A stretch of 64,000 bases of DNA from Selaginella moellendorffii (taxonomy: Eukaryota; Plantae; Lycopodiophyta): assembly GCF_000143415.4 (NCBI RefSeq), contig NW_003314416.1:191332-255331 (forward strand), written 5' to 3'. Positions 51,100 to 63,530 of the stretch are shown here, in pieces. Under the pieces are notes generated by a model. It had not been told where the DNA came from and searched no databases. It saw only the letters and a program-made list of their open reading frames with translations. Positions within the stretch are counted from its first letter, which is position 1, and every line of letters starts with the position of its first letter. A program made the position numbers and the translations under genes.

Positions 51100-54000
51100 T
51101 CAGATTGTTATTTTTTGCCTCCAACGCCTATACAATAATCTTGGAATTTCATCACTCTCCACACTATCAAGATTTAAACCCAATAGTAATGCCATCTCTT
51201 CTCTAATACGTCCACGCTCATGTTCAGTGGTCGAAGAACCCATCCGGTTGAGCAGATTATGGAGATGCGGATAGTGCTTGGCTAGACAATATACATGCCA
51301 TAAATGATGACTAATGTCTATCCGATCAAATGGCTTCTGATATACCGTTCCATCTGCCATTTGGTTGATTTCTGCAGCCACCTCCTGGACTGGCCGGTTC
51401 TCTATCACCATCGCTCCAAGCCGTTTTGCAAGGTCCCCCAGAACATACGGTTTCTTCTCCCTAGTTTCCATACTGCAAGAGATGGGGTGCACTGCATATG
51501 TGTGCGTGTTCACTGCAGTTTTAATCGGCGAGTCATCGATGATGAGGATTTCACTTGACCTAGCAGTCCGATTCATCACTACAGCCTCTGGCTTGACGAA
51601 GATGGGCTTGCTACCCCTCACATGGACCATAGTCAAGCAATCCTCCTACGTTAGGAGAAAGTTAAATGGTAATATTACTCGCGTCTGATCGTGCATCATC
51701 TGTAGCAACGTTAATGCATTGTGGCGCATCATGGATGTCCAAACTCCCAATTGCAAATTGAACCCGGCCCTCTGTTTTAAGTGTCGCATGGTCATTATTA
51801 GATCCCGTAGTTTCTCCCGTGTGATTAATGTGAATCTGTCTCATTTGACCAACTTGTGACTGCAGGCTTTGGAGGGTGCAGTGACATTCGAGGACGAGCC
51901 ACGCTCATGGGAGAAAAGGACACCGTTCAGATAAAAAACGATACAGTACCTTCGCTGTGACTCTGAAATGAAATGCGTCAGCATAAAAAATGGTACAAGT
52001 CAATTTTACCATCTACAATATTAGCGAATGGTGCTCCCGATGGTCGTTGAGAGGGTTTTGGTCGAGGAAACGTGAAGGGCAGAAATACTCTCCTCTGCAA
52101 TGTGGGGTCAATCGCATCCGATGGCATGTGGGCACATGCCATTTCAGCTGTAGACTCTGGTACAACTGGCTCAACAGTGGCATGGGGTGGTTCCGATGGC
52201 GTGTGATCACACGCCATTTCAGCTGGTGCCTCCGTTGGCAAAGTGGACATGACCGAATAGGCAGTAGGACCGAGCAGACAATATACATGCCATAAATGAT
52301 GACTGGTGTCTGTCCGATCAAATGGCTTCTGATATACCGTTCCATCTGCCATTTGGTTGATTTCTGCAATGGAAATGGCGTGAGGCCACATGCTATGCCA
52401 CATGCAATGAGGCTTACCTGCCAGGCGCTAGTTGCTAGTGCACGTCCTTGTCCTAGTTTTTGTGGCTTCTTCAGTTAAACCGAGAGCTTCCGTGTTCGTG
52501 CCAATGTCTCGTGCAGACCCGATTTGTAGCACGTTTCTTGCTTGACATTCTGCGCGTGGGAGATGTATATGATAGATCGGAGGGGCGAGTTGCCTTTTAT
52601 CAGGCGGACAACTCTTGTCTTGAAGACTTTCTTCACCTCCTCGCCCACCATAATATCCACAACTATCTCTTGCATCGCCAAGCTAGAATGCTGCTCGGAG
52701 ATGGCATAGAACCGGATGTTCTGATCGTCCAACACCTTCCTATTGATCAAGTCTGGAAACCTCGTCTCGCCCTTCATTGTTTGGTAGTAGGGGATCACGT
52801 CTGCGATGTCGGGTGTTATTGGACTTGCCAGCATCTTCTGCTTCAGTTTCTCCACCCACTCATCAGATACTAGCCTGTGGTTGTATTTGCTTTGGATGTC
52901 GATGTGGCTCACGTCGATTGTATATACTTTGTTGGAATAGTAACAAGTACTATTATCTGCGACGATTTTTGCTGCCTCTTCTTGCTCTTTCTGCTCTTTG
53001 CGGCTCTTCTTTTTGGTGGGTGTAGTGTTCGAACCCGAGGCAATGGCATCACCGAGTAGCTTCTTTTTTGGAGTAGGAGAGTCGGACGTCGGCTTGAGCT
53101 TGACCACCCTTTTCTGCTTCGGGGTAGTTTCCAGATCGACCCTCTTCCCCTTCGCTTCGCGAACTGGAGTCACTCTCAACGGCTCAATGTTGGAATATAG
53201 TTTTTGAACATCGCCGTAGGTGAAGTCTGTGGATTCCATGTGATCTTCATAGACCCGCAGCGTCTTTGAAATTGTGGGCCTCCTGGACAACCTCTCCCTA
53301 GCTCCCTCTAGGAATTCCTCATAGCCGCTGCCCCCCTCCGGGAAGCCACTAGGATGTCCAAGGTGGATCTTGAAGGCGGACGCTGTCTCTACCACAAGTG
53401 CCAGTCCATATTCTTGCATGGAACTGCATGGAGTGTCTGTCACTTGGATGAGGATCCCCATGCATTCTTTTCTCCCACCATCTGTGTTGTACAGCCTCAG
53501 ATCCTCGCCTTCCATCCCGAAAGTCCAACTGGTGAGCTCCTCCCCCTTCTCTGCATCCACATTGACAGTGGCTGGAAGAAGAACGCAATTCCTCGCCTGT
53601 TCAGAAATGCACAACAATTAGAGCTGACAGATGAAAAGCTAGCAGCTGGAAATAACGTGAGGCCACACGCCATTCACCACTGCATCAGATGTCTTGAGGC
53701 TGCATCCTAAGATGGCGTGAGGCTACACGCCATCTGTAACCGGACTGCACTCGAGAGCCCAATCGGTGCATGCCAATGTTGCTACTGAATGGCATGTGGC
53801 CTCATGCCATTTTCTACTTGGCCTAAAAGACTTACCATTTGAAGCCGAATGGAGGCGTGACAATCGAGGCCGGACTCGCTGGCGAATGTGCATTGTGTGT
53901 GCAGCGGATCGTAGCAGCAAGGCTACTCTGCCACTTACAGTTGGAGAGTGGCACTGAAATCTCCCGGGACGCCAAGTGGGCTGCGTGTGGGTGGCGGAGT

Positions 54001-54277
54001 GGGCGGCGGAGTTGGCGGCGAAGTTACAAACTGGGTGTGTCTTGAAGTGGACGTCGATGCACACGAGTGCGATGCGAGCGCGAGTGTGATGCAAGCGCGA
54101 GTGGACGCCAATGCACACAAGAAACCTGTAGAGAAGGTAGATGAGCGCGAATGTGAGCGTGATCGTGAGTGGGAGCGCGATGCGAGTGCGAGTGTGCGAG
54201 CGCGATGCGAGCGTGAGTGTGCAAGCGCGAGTACGAAGCAAAATGCAAAACCTAACCTCACACGCGCGAAATGTCAC
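51100..54277 (-). pseudogene. Accessory gene of copy C: retains the ParB-like N-terminal region and FCP1 exon; central ~3 kb replaced by filler
   Basis: 51100-52270 matches 12565-13735. 52365-52715 matches 16749-17100. 52715-53830 is unique to this copy. Contains stop codons. Confidence 0.75.
52475..53617 (-). CDS. Exon containing a ParB/Sulfiredoxin (DGQHR/DndB-like) domain
   Basis: YTIDVSHID..KYNHRLVSDEWVEKLKQKM..ADVIP..FYAISEQHSSLAM; copy B reads FYAVSGQHSSLAM at ~17064-17100. Preceded by an NLS-like basic stretch (PKKK, KKKSRK). Confidence 0.6.
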   Translation of the reverse strand: MLCISEQARNCVLLPATVNVDAEKGEELTSWTFGMEGEDLRLYNTDGGRKECMGILIQVTDTPCSSMQEYGLALVVETASAFKIHLGHPSGFPEGGSGYEEFLEGARERLSRRPTISKTLRVYEDHMESTDFTYGDVQKLYSNIEPLRVTPVREAKGKRVDLETTPKQKRVVKLKPTSDSPTPKKKLLGDAIASGSNTTPTKKKSRKEQKEQEEAAKIVADNSTCYYSNKVYTIDVSHIDIQSKYNHRLVSDEWVEKLKQKMLASPITPDIADVIPYYQTMKGETRFPDLINRKVLDDQNIRFYAISEQHSSLAMQEIVVDIMVGEEVKKVFKTRVVRLIKGNSPLRSIIYISHAQNVKQETCYKSGLHETLARTRKLSV

Positions 54278-56313
54278 GACGGTTGGTAATCCCGCAACGT
54301 CATCATTCCTCAGACTTGGGTGCCACCATTAATTTCTGGATCGCCGCGCGCATGCATGCACGTGAAATCCAAAAGAAATCCGCAACGTCATCATTCCTCG
54401 GACTGCATGCAGGCGAAATCCAAAAGAAAGATCATGATTGGGATATCATTTACTACCCTCGCTATATTTATACCATACATGATTGGATATTCCAAAGCAT
54501 CTTGTATTTCCAAAAATGCCAGATGTTCAGCTAAATAAAGAATGGTATACAATGTCCTTCTTGATGACCCTGCAAAGAAGCATCTCGATCGGACACCACA
54601 TGAGACCACACGAGCCTTACAATGTTTCAGGGGCATTTGCCATCGATCCGACCGTTATTTTGCTCCAAGATTTTACAGTTTGGTGTGCATTGACCTTTCC
54701 ATCGACACTGCAAAGGGACATCACAATCAGATGCGGGATCACAAGAAACCAACTTCACTAACTCTGGTTTTGTTGGGGGAAGGAGGGGTGCCTCCCCCAA
54801 CGCTCGCTCAAACATGAGAAGTGCTTCACTGCTCTCTGCAAAAATGCCCCCCCTCACCCTTGTGAGGCAAGGGTTTTATACAAGGAAGATGGGGAATATT
54901 CTGAGGACCAGAATATTCCCTCTCTCTCTCTCGCTCTCTCGGTGGCCACGCCCTAACATGCGACCATGGTGGATCGCGCTGGCTCCAGACGCGCGAGAAC
55001 CCTCCGAAGAGTGTAGAGTGTACGTTTGCTACTGATGCCAAGTGCTGGTAACTGCGTGAAATAGTAGAAACTCTAGAAAACAGAGTGGAAAAGAAAAAAA
55101 GGTAGGTGAGAAGTTTGGAGACAGGGAGAAAACCCGGTGGGAAACCCTGTAGTCAAACTGGACCCTGAAGTTGAAGAAAAGTGTAGAAAAAGTGTGAAAA
55201 GAGGAGGAAAATAGAGGAAAAAGAACATGAGTACCCAAAGAACTTAACCCGTACCTGGATTTCAGCTCAGGAAAGTGTAATATGCAAATGCAACCTCTTG
55301 ATGACTTCCGGTATGCTCCAAGGATTGGCCGAAATCGAGAAAGAAAGAGAGGTAGAAGAGGGGATGCGTTGCCCAAGGGTGGTAAGTGTGGAAATGATGA
55401 AAGATGGAGTGATATGGTGGAGCGCCGAGATGGTGGTGGCACTCGGAAGTGGTAGCCATTGATAACCGTTAGCCCATAGAGTAAACACTGACCACTCAGA
55501 GTAGCCGGTAACCGATAACCAGTAGCTGGGTACCTGTAACCAGTAATTGGTAACCACCTGCTCTCGCTCCTACTCCTGCGCTAGCTCCATGGTGGAGTGC
55601 TGAGATGGTGGTGGCTCTCTGAGAAGGTGGCTAGTCTGATGTGTCGGACTGAAGAAGTCAGCAGCTGAAAAGGACAGCATAGTCACTGGGTTGCCGGTAA
55701 AGAGAGGTGGCATGTGTCCACTGAGTGCTGGAGCAGAAGAAAGTGGCTTCGGCTTCTGTGGCCTTGCCTAAAGATCCACCTAGGTGCCTTAAGTGAACAG
55801 GTTCACCTGGTTGGAAGAAAGTCGCTCCAGAAAAGCTAGTGCGTTTTCTGCAAATGGTCGTAAGGACATCTTGGACATGGCACGTCAAAATGAGGTGGTG
55901 TCTTGTGCTGCTGGTGCATGTATGTGCGTCCGTGGTATGGTGTAAATGTGACCTCAAATGGAGATGGGAATGATGGTGAAAGAATGAAAGATGCAAGATG
56001 GGCATCTAGAGATAAGTGCGGGCAATGCTGTTGGAAGTGATTGGTGATGGAACTGTGAGTGTAGATGATATGGAATGAGTGTGGGAGATGTGCAGGGTAT
56101 AGTAATGATAAAGGAAGGGCCAAAGAACCTGGAACATAGACCGAGCCAAGCGAGGAACCTCCATACAAACGGCAATGCAGCCTGAGCACAAAATCCAAGG
56201 CATGGGCCATTGTCCAATGGAGAAACATCCTCTGAAAGTAAGAAAAGTAGCCACGAAAGTAAAGTGAAAGAAAGGAAGAGAAAGAAAAAGAAAAAGAAGA
56301 GAAGAGGAACGCC

Positions 56314-59300
56314 TCACCGGATGAAGCGTTTGAGATGAGAGTGGTTGTGAGCATGTGGGAGCTCACGTCCCTCAGCATCAACTAGCACGTATGCTCCACC
56401 TCCAATGTGTCGCTGGACAAAGTAGGGACCGGTCCAGCGAGGGGAGAACTTCGAAGGTGGCGTGAACTTGTTGAGTAGAACGAGATTGCCATCCTCGAAT
56501 GGTTCAGCAGACCGCTGGTGATCGATGACTGACTTGATCTTCTGCTTGCCTCGAAGGAGATGTTCAGTTGTGGATTGTCGCTGTTCTTCCAAGGCAAGAA
56601 CCTCCAAGTCACGTGCATGAAGCTTGTCCTCATCGCTAAGCTGCATCGCTGCTGCGTATCGAAGTGAAAGTGAGAGTGATGGCACCTGGATCTCCATTGG
56701 GAGCACGGCCTCTGTCCCATAGACAAGGGAGAATGGGGTTGCAGAGATGGATGTCTTGAAGGACGTCCGAAAGGCCCACAACGCCGTAACCAAGTGCTCG
56801 TGCCAACGCCTTGGGTGATCCTCCACAAGCTTTGAGATGACTGTCTTTAACATTTTGTTGCTGGACTCTGCCTGGCCATTGCACTCCGGATAATAGCTGC
56901 TGCTTTTCACGTGCTTGACCTGCAGTTGCTGGAGAAGATGCTGCATCACCTGTCCAAAGAAGCCGCTGCCACGATCGGAAACCAAAACAGCAGGAACTCC
57001 AAATCGGCAAATGATGTACTCGTAGACAAACTTTGCTGTAGACTGCTGATCTGCCTGCCGCAAAGGGGTGGCCTCGACCCATTTTGTGAAATAGTCCGTC
57101 GCCACGATGATGTATCGCTGTCCTTTTGAGCTCGGTGGGTTGATCGGGCCAACGAAGTCAAGTCCCCACTGGAAAAAGGGACCTGGAGAAGTGATGAGCT
57201 GAAAAGGAAGACGTGGAACATGGCTCCGGGGGTTGAACCGTTGGCACTGCTCGCATGCCTTGGCATAGGCCAAGCTGTCCTGGTGAATCCGAGGCCAAAA
57301 GTAGCCATGGCGCAAGAGGAGTTGTGCTGTAACCCGTCCCGAGAAATGCCCCGCACAAGAGTGGAAAGCGCGAAGGAGCTCAGGGACCTCGTGCTCCCCC
57401 ACACACCGCAACAAAACTTCCTGAGAAGTCCTCCTGTAAAGGTGTCCATCAAGAAGGCAAAACCCCCGTGCTCGGATCTCCAAAGCCTTTTGTTGTACTG
57501 ATGAGGAACCTGCTGGGAACTGACCTGAATCCAGGTACACCGCAACTTCCTGTAATGCTGCTGGGACCACAAAGGAGGTAGCCTCAGCAACCAGGAACTC
57601 GCTCGGATCTATCACACGCTTCCGCCGCATGTGAAAAGTTGGTTGGAACTCTTGGATGGTCACAATCCAAGATAAAGTACGAGGACTGTGAACCGGTCGC
57701 TGTAAAAGAAAGGTCAGCACATTAAAATAGACGTGGAAATGGATACGGGCTCCAGCGAGAAAGTGACGGAATCGCTCCAAGGTGTAAACAACAGCCACTG
57801 CTTCTTTTTCCGCATCCACATATTTCTTTTCAGTCTCCTTGAACGAATGTGAGGCATAATATGTTGCATGTGGTGGCTTGCCAAGCTGTGAACATTGGCA
57901 AAGGCATACTCCAAAAGCCTCTGTACCCGTTGTGATGTAAATGTCAAAAGGAAGTTGTCGTTCTGGTGGTTGGAGTACCGGGGCCGTGCGGAGTGACTGC
58001 TGTAGTGATTCAAAGGCTTGTTGTTGGGACTCACCCCAGATAAATGGAACATTGTGTTGTAGCAAAGCTACCAGAGGCCGTGAACGTGCAGCATAGTTGT
58101 GGATGAAACGGCGAAAGAAACCCGTTTGCCCAAGGAAACTGCGAAGCTGCTTCAAGTTGGTTGGTGGGTTCCGATCCAGAATCTCCTGAGCCTTGGCTAC
58201 CTGGGGTTTGATCCCATCCTGAGAGACATCAAAGCCCAGTAACCGGCCTTCGGTTACCCCGAATTTACACTTTGCCGGGTTCAATGAAAACCTGTGGTGT
58301 CGGCAGCGAGTGAAAATCTGTTCCAAGTGCATGAGGTGATCCTCAAAGGAGTCCGAGGTCGTGCACAGATCATCCATATACACCCTCAAGGCGCCTCCAA
58401 TCAAGTCGTGAAAGGTGTGGGTCATAAAGCGCTGAAAAGTAGCTCCGGCGTTACACAAGCCGAATGGGAGGACATTGAAAGCAAAGATGCCCCAAGGTGT
58501 CTGGAAGGCCGTAAGATCTGGATGAATGAAGATCTGGTTGTACCCTGAAAAGCCATCCATGAAAGAGTAGTATCGGTGGCCAGCCATCTCATCCACAATC
58601 GCATCGATAAACGGAGTTGGAAAGTGATCTTTAGCAGTTGCCTTGTTCAAGTCTCGAAAATCAATGCAGAGGTGGAGTTTTCCATTTGCCTTGCGTGCAG
58701 GGACGAGATTGGCCACCCACTCTGAGCTCTCCAAAGGGTAAATAAAGCCGGCTGCCAGAAGTCGCTCGATCTCCAACTTCATCTCTGAGTGAGCTGCCGG
58801 GCTGAAACGCCGCATTTTTTTACAGACTGGTTTGGCTGACTCTGAAAGCACAAAACTGTGCATGATTGTGTCCATGGGAACTCCTGGGAGCTGGCTGTAG
58901 TCCCAAGCAAACACGTCCTTGAAACAGTGAAGGAGATCCAAGAGCTTTGCTGCGTTTGTTGGAGCAAGCGATGTGGCAATAAAGACCGGGTCCTTGTCAT
59001 CACCTAGAAAAACGGCATGAACCCTGGAGTCTGGAGAAACCTTGGTTTCAGGAGGCTCTATCTTTGATTCTTCCCTGACCCTGGAAACCGAAGAGCAGGG
59101 AGTGCCTTTAGCTTCTCGCATCGTGGTGATTGCTTGGTGTGATAACCTGTCTGCCCAAAAGTTTTCTTCACGGGGGACACTTTGAAAAGACACCTCAGAG
59201 AACTCATCCTTTAGGTTGACCGCCCGCTGCCATAGCTCTTTCAGGTTCTCTTTGCGGACTTGGTATTCCCCAGTAAGTTGGCGTATGATGAGTTGCGTAT

Positions 59301-62300
59301 CTCCAACGAAATGGACTCGCCTAAATTTGAGATCTGTGGCCAGCTTCATGGCACTGATGGCCGCCAAGTACTCTGCTTCATTAGCTGATGTTGCTGGCAA
59401 AGTGATAGAGAGGTCGGCTACTTTGTTCTCTGCAGGATCAATCATCCAAACTCCAATGCCGGCAACCTGGTTTTTGGGGCAGAAAGCACCGTCAAAATAA
59501 GCTGTAATCATAGGAGTGTCCTCTTCCTCAAATAAAGATGCTGGGGACACCACATCCGGCAAGACTGTCTCTGGTGAGTCTAATAAGAACGTTGCTGTTG
59601 GATCCGGAGTCTTTGTTTGTTGTTCTCTTTGCTTCTGATGCTCTGAGCGCTCGATGTCCAATGCAAGGACTGCAGCCAGGTACTCCGCAAGCGAAGGGAG
59701 ATCCTCCACCAAAGCCCAGTCCAAGTCTGGTGCTAAAGTTTCAGTGTAATACCCTTGGATCTGTACCGGGGGCTCCACGGTAGGAAATTCAGAACTCAAA
59801 GAGCTATAACTCGCATGCAGCACGTCCGATTTGCTTGATTCTTCCTGCCAATTGTGTGACTGGCTGTCATCTTCCGTCTCCAAAAAACAGCATGACAAAA
59901 TATGCTCGAAGTCGTCAGATACCGTGATTTTAGTAGGAAGATGCTGGCTGTGTAACACCTCAGGGAGTTGCTGAGGAGAATTGAGTTCAACTGTGTCCTG
60001 TGAAAGATGGACTCGGTCTGGGGTGACTGTGTCATCAAGCTCGATAAGAGAGAGTCGGTCCCATGCAAGAAACGAGTCGAGAAGCTCTTCCTCTATCGAG
60101 AAACACTCGGGAAAGCTGGATGTAGCAGCCCGTACTCTATAAGCCCCGCCATCAAATAAAGAGGGCGTGGCTAAAGGCTCGGCCTTACTCGCAAATAAAG
60201 AGAGTGAAGCAGAGAGATGACTCGGGCTACCTGACTCACCTCCAACCGCGTCAATCGCATTGCATGAGAAAGCTTCCGCCATATAGATGGTTGACGCCCC
60301 TACCAACTCAGGAAAAACCTCTGTGAGGTCGGGAGGAAAGTATGGTGTGGAGGCCATCTTAGTCCGAGCTTGCTGGGCTTGCTGAGAAAGAGCTCTGCCG
60401 TGGTTGTTGAGAAAGGTGGCACTATGGGTTCCATCGCTAATTTCCAACTTGCCTTGTGCACTATCAATGGTGCAACGGGCTGTGACTTGCCATGAGCGGC
60501 CAAGGATGATAGAGTCCTTCAAAGAGGACGTTCCAAGACGTTGGTAGTCAACCACGAGGAAATCTACCTCAGAAATAACACCCTGCACTGAGACCTTGAC
60601 ACCACAGCAAATTCCTGCCGAAGGAATGGTGTGGTTGGCAAAGGTTTTGAGCACGATGGGGGAACTCTCAGTGATTTGTAGCTGTGCTGAAAGGGCAGCT
60701 TCAAGAGAGATAATGTTGCTTCCAGAACCGGAGTCAACCAAAGCATCCATCCTACAAGAGGAAGTACCGATCTGCACCAGGACGAAGAACGGACCAGGAT
60801 CTCCTCCATATCTTGTCATATCGACAATGTGCACCTCTTGAGGAGTCCTCTTGAGAGTGCTCTCTGGTGTTCCTGACCGTGCAAACTTCTCCAAATTCTG
60901 GCCGAATCCCGGGACAAGGCACAACATATCTCGGAGCGAAAAGGTGACGGGAGTGTTAACCAGCTGTTGAAGAACCGGCTCCGGAACAGGAGTAGCTGCT
61001 GGTGAGATCTCAGGAGGAGAAGAGAGGAGTGACTTGAAGGGGAGTTTACAAGCCACCCTCTGTGTCACTGGGCCTGAGGCCAACGGAGAGTCGCTCTCAA
61101 CTGGCGCTGGGGGATCTATGGTAGGCTCAGTGGCTACCTTCTTCTTCGCTTGGGCTCGAGTGGCTGCGGTTTGCTGTTGTTGCCTATAAAGTTCCTCGGC
61201 TACCAAAATCGTGTTGACTAATGAGACTGGTGCCTTGCCTTTGCTTGACGAAGGGGCTGCCTCAATTGCTTGTCGCTCCAACTGCTCTTGGTATGTCTCT
61301 GGACCCTGAGGCTGTGTGGAGTTATCAGCAAAGGGATGTTGTTGGACACGTTGAGAAGATGGAGGCCAAAGCTCTGGGTGAAGCTTGAAGCAGCGCTGTG
61401 TGTTGTGTGTGTTCGTCTCGCAGTGAGTGCACCAACGGGACTTAAATCTGTGTTCCCGAGCTGTAGCGGCCTCTTTCCCGGACTCCACCAGCTCCTGGAG
61501 CAGTTTGTCATGGTGTGATTGCTGTTGAAGAATGATCTCCTTCAACTGCCGCATCTCATTGGCAAAGTTCTCAAGAGCCGGAGGTGTATGCTCAACAGCA
61601 ACAGGCTTTAATGTGGACGGGCGAATAGTGGCACAAGGTGACTCTGACGGGATGATGGCTTGGTCAAAATCAACTCTAGCAATCCCCAAGTCGACCAGAA
61701 GCTCTCTTTCCAGCTTTGTGGCAAACGAAAATGCCTCACGGCAAGACCTGAAAGTCTTCTTAAGAAGTTTCCTCTGCAAGTTCCCATGCAGACCTGCTGT
61801 GAATGCTGTGATCCCCTGTTGCTCATCTTGGACTACTCTGCGATCCCAACACTGCTTTCAGTAAGCTCGAAAGCGTGTGATGTAGTCAGGAACAGTCTCA
61901 TGAGCACCCTGTCGGAACCAAAAAAGGTCGACAAGTAGCCGATTTGTGGGTTTTTCTTCAACGAAGCGTTCTCTGAAAGAAGCAAGTAGTGTCTGGAAGT
62001 CTGTCCGGTCCTCTGGGAGGAGAGAATCTGCCCAAGTTGCTGCTTTGCCTTCGAGAGACTGCAGGAAGTCGCGGCACATACGATCATCGTCGACGATCAT
62101 GTTTGTGGTGCAGTAGTAATCAAAGCGACTAATATGCGATGTTGGAGAGACTATTCCAACACCTGAAAAGACTGGCAGATCACTCCCCTTCTGCAGAACA
62201 TGGAGCTGAGGTCGAGCTAAGGGTGGCTTCGCCATAGCTCGTAGATCTAAGTCACTGGAATCTGTCGAGGAGGAAGAGGACTCGGCCCGAGAAGGTGCAG

Positions 62301-62409
62301 TGTCGTACTTAAGCTGCCTTTGGATGTTGAAAAGTTTACTCCGTACCTTAGGGCCTTGAGGTATGGTGAAAGGGTGCCAATTCGTCGTACGTCTAGTTTG
62401 TACCGGCAT
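56314..62409 (-). CDS. Gag-pol polyprotein GAG-PR-aRH-RT-RH-INT with one in-frame TGA at 61858-61860
   Basis: ORFs 61858-62442 and 56314-61779 are in the same frame. Motifs: CTHCETNTHNTQRC, LVDSGS, YFDGA..NEAEY..GDTQL..EENFWAD (aRH), YMDD, H..GH..CEQC, GLDFVGP, SDRG, GQAE. Confidence 0.92.
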
Positions 62410-63513
62410 CAAATACCCTGAACACTGCAAATGCCCGGTCAAGGCAACTGGGTTGACAGGAGCAAGAAGACTGTAGGCTAGTGCTCAAGTTGCTCAAAAT
62501 GCCTTTGACCCGACCGCCAAAGTAGCCACTGGAGTAGCCGCTGGAGGAGCCACTAGAGTAGCCGCTGGAGTAGCCACTGGGGTAGCCGGTAGCCGGTAAC
62601 CGGGGTAGTCGCTGGAGCAGCCACTGGAGTAGCCGCAGGAGTAGCTGGTAGCCGATAACCGGGGACCTGTAACCTGTAACCGGTAACCCCTACTCTTGCT
62701 CCTACTCCTACGCTTGCTCCAACACCAACTCCTATCCCTGTGCCTATTCCTATTGTCCCTGTTTCTACGCCAACTCTTGTTCCTGCTCCTCCTGTTCCTG
62801 TTCCTACGGTTACTTGTTCCTTGAAGATTGCTTCGTTCCCAAGGAACCCCCAACAAAGTTTAACCCAAAAGAGAAAAATGAGTCCTCTAGTCTCGATCCT
62901 TCTCCATTTTCATCTACCTTATATCGCAAGAATTTGGGAAGAAACTGCCTCAATATTCCCTGAAATCCACGAAGAGGTAGCCCAGAACGCCAACATTATG
63001 GAAAAACATGTGCATGTCCATGATGTAGATCGACACTAAGGCGCCGTTGGTACTTCTCGAAAGCCTAGGACCAGGAGCACCTCTAGAAATAAACGGCATC
63101 CAAAACCAAGCCTAGAGGAGCATGAATTCCTACCACAAAGATAACCCAATCTAGCCGGAGAAGAAAATCCTTTTGCATGCCGTCAATTCTCTAGTGCATT
63201 TGGGCTTGTAGATTTGGCCTAGATCTATGAGTAGTGGTAGTTCTTGGCACTAGATTTGGTGAGAAATTCGGCCGAGGATCCAAGCGAGAAAGTGAAAACC
63301 CCAAAATGCTCATCCGACCGAGCCAAGAAACGTTGTATCTCTTCAAATACTGCACGGCTTGATGAGTGCCATACCTTGCTGGAAAGAGGAGCTCCAGACC
63401 TATCCAACACACTCAAGATCAAAGAAAACCACCGCAAAATGAACAAGGAATTCCTTCCCAAACTCTGCGGCCAAAAGAAAAGAGAGAAATGACGCTTCAG
63501 AAAGTCCTGCGCG

Positions 63514-63530
63514 TCACGCCGGGTTCACCA
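63514..63530 (-). promoter_or_regulatory. Primer-binding site, tRNA-Trp-like
   Basis: Minus strand TGGTGAACCCGGCGTGA, 2 nt from the 5' LTR; resembles the complement of the plant tRNA-Trp 3' end as recalled. Confidence 0.7.
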
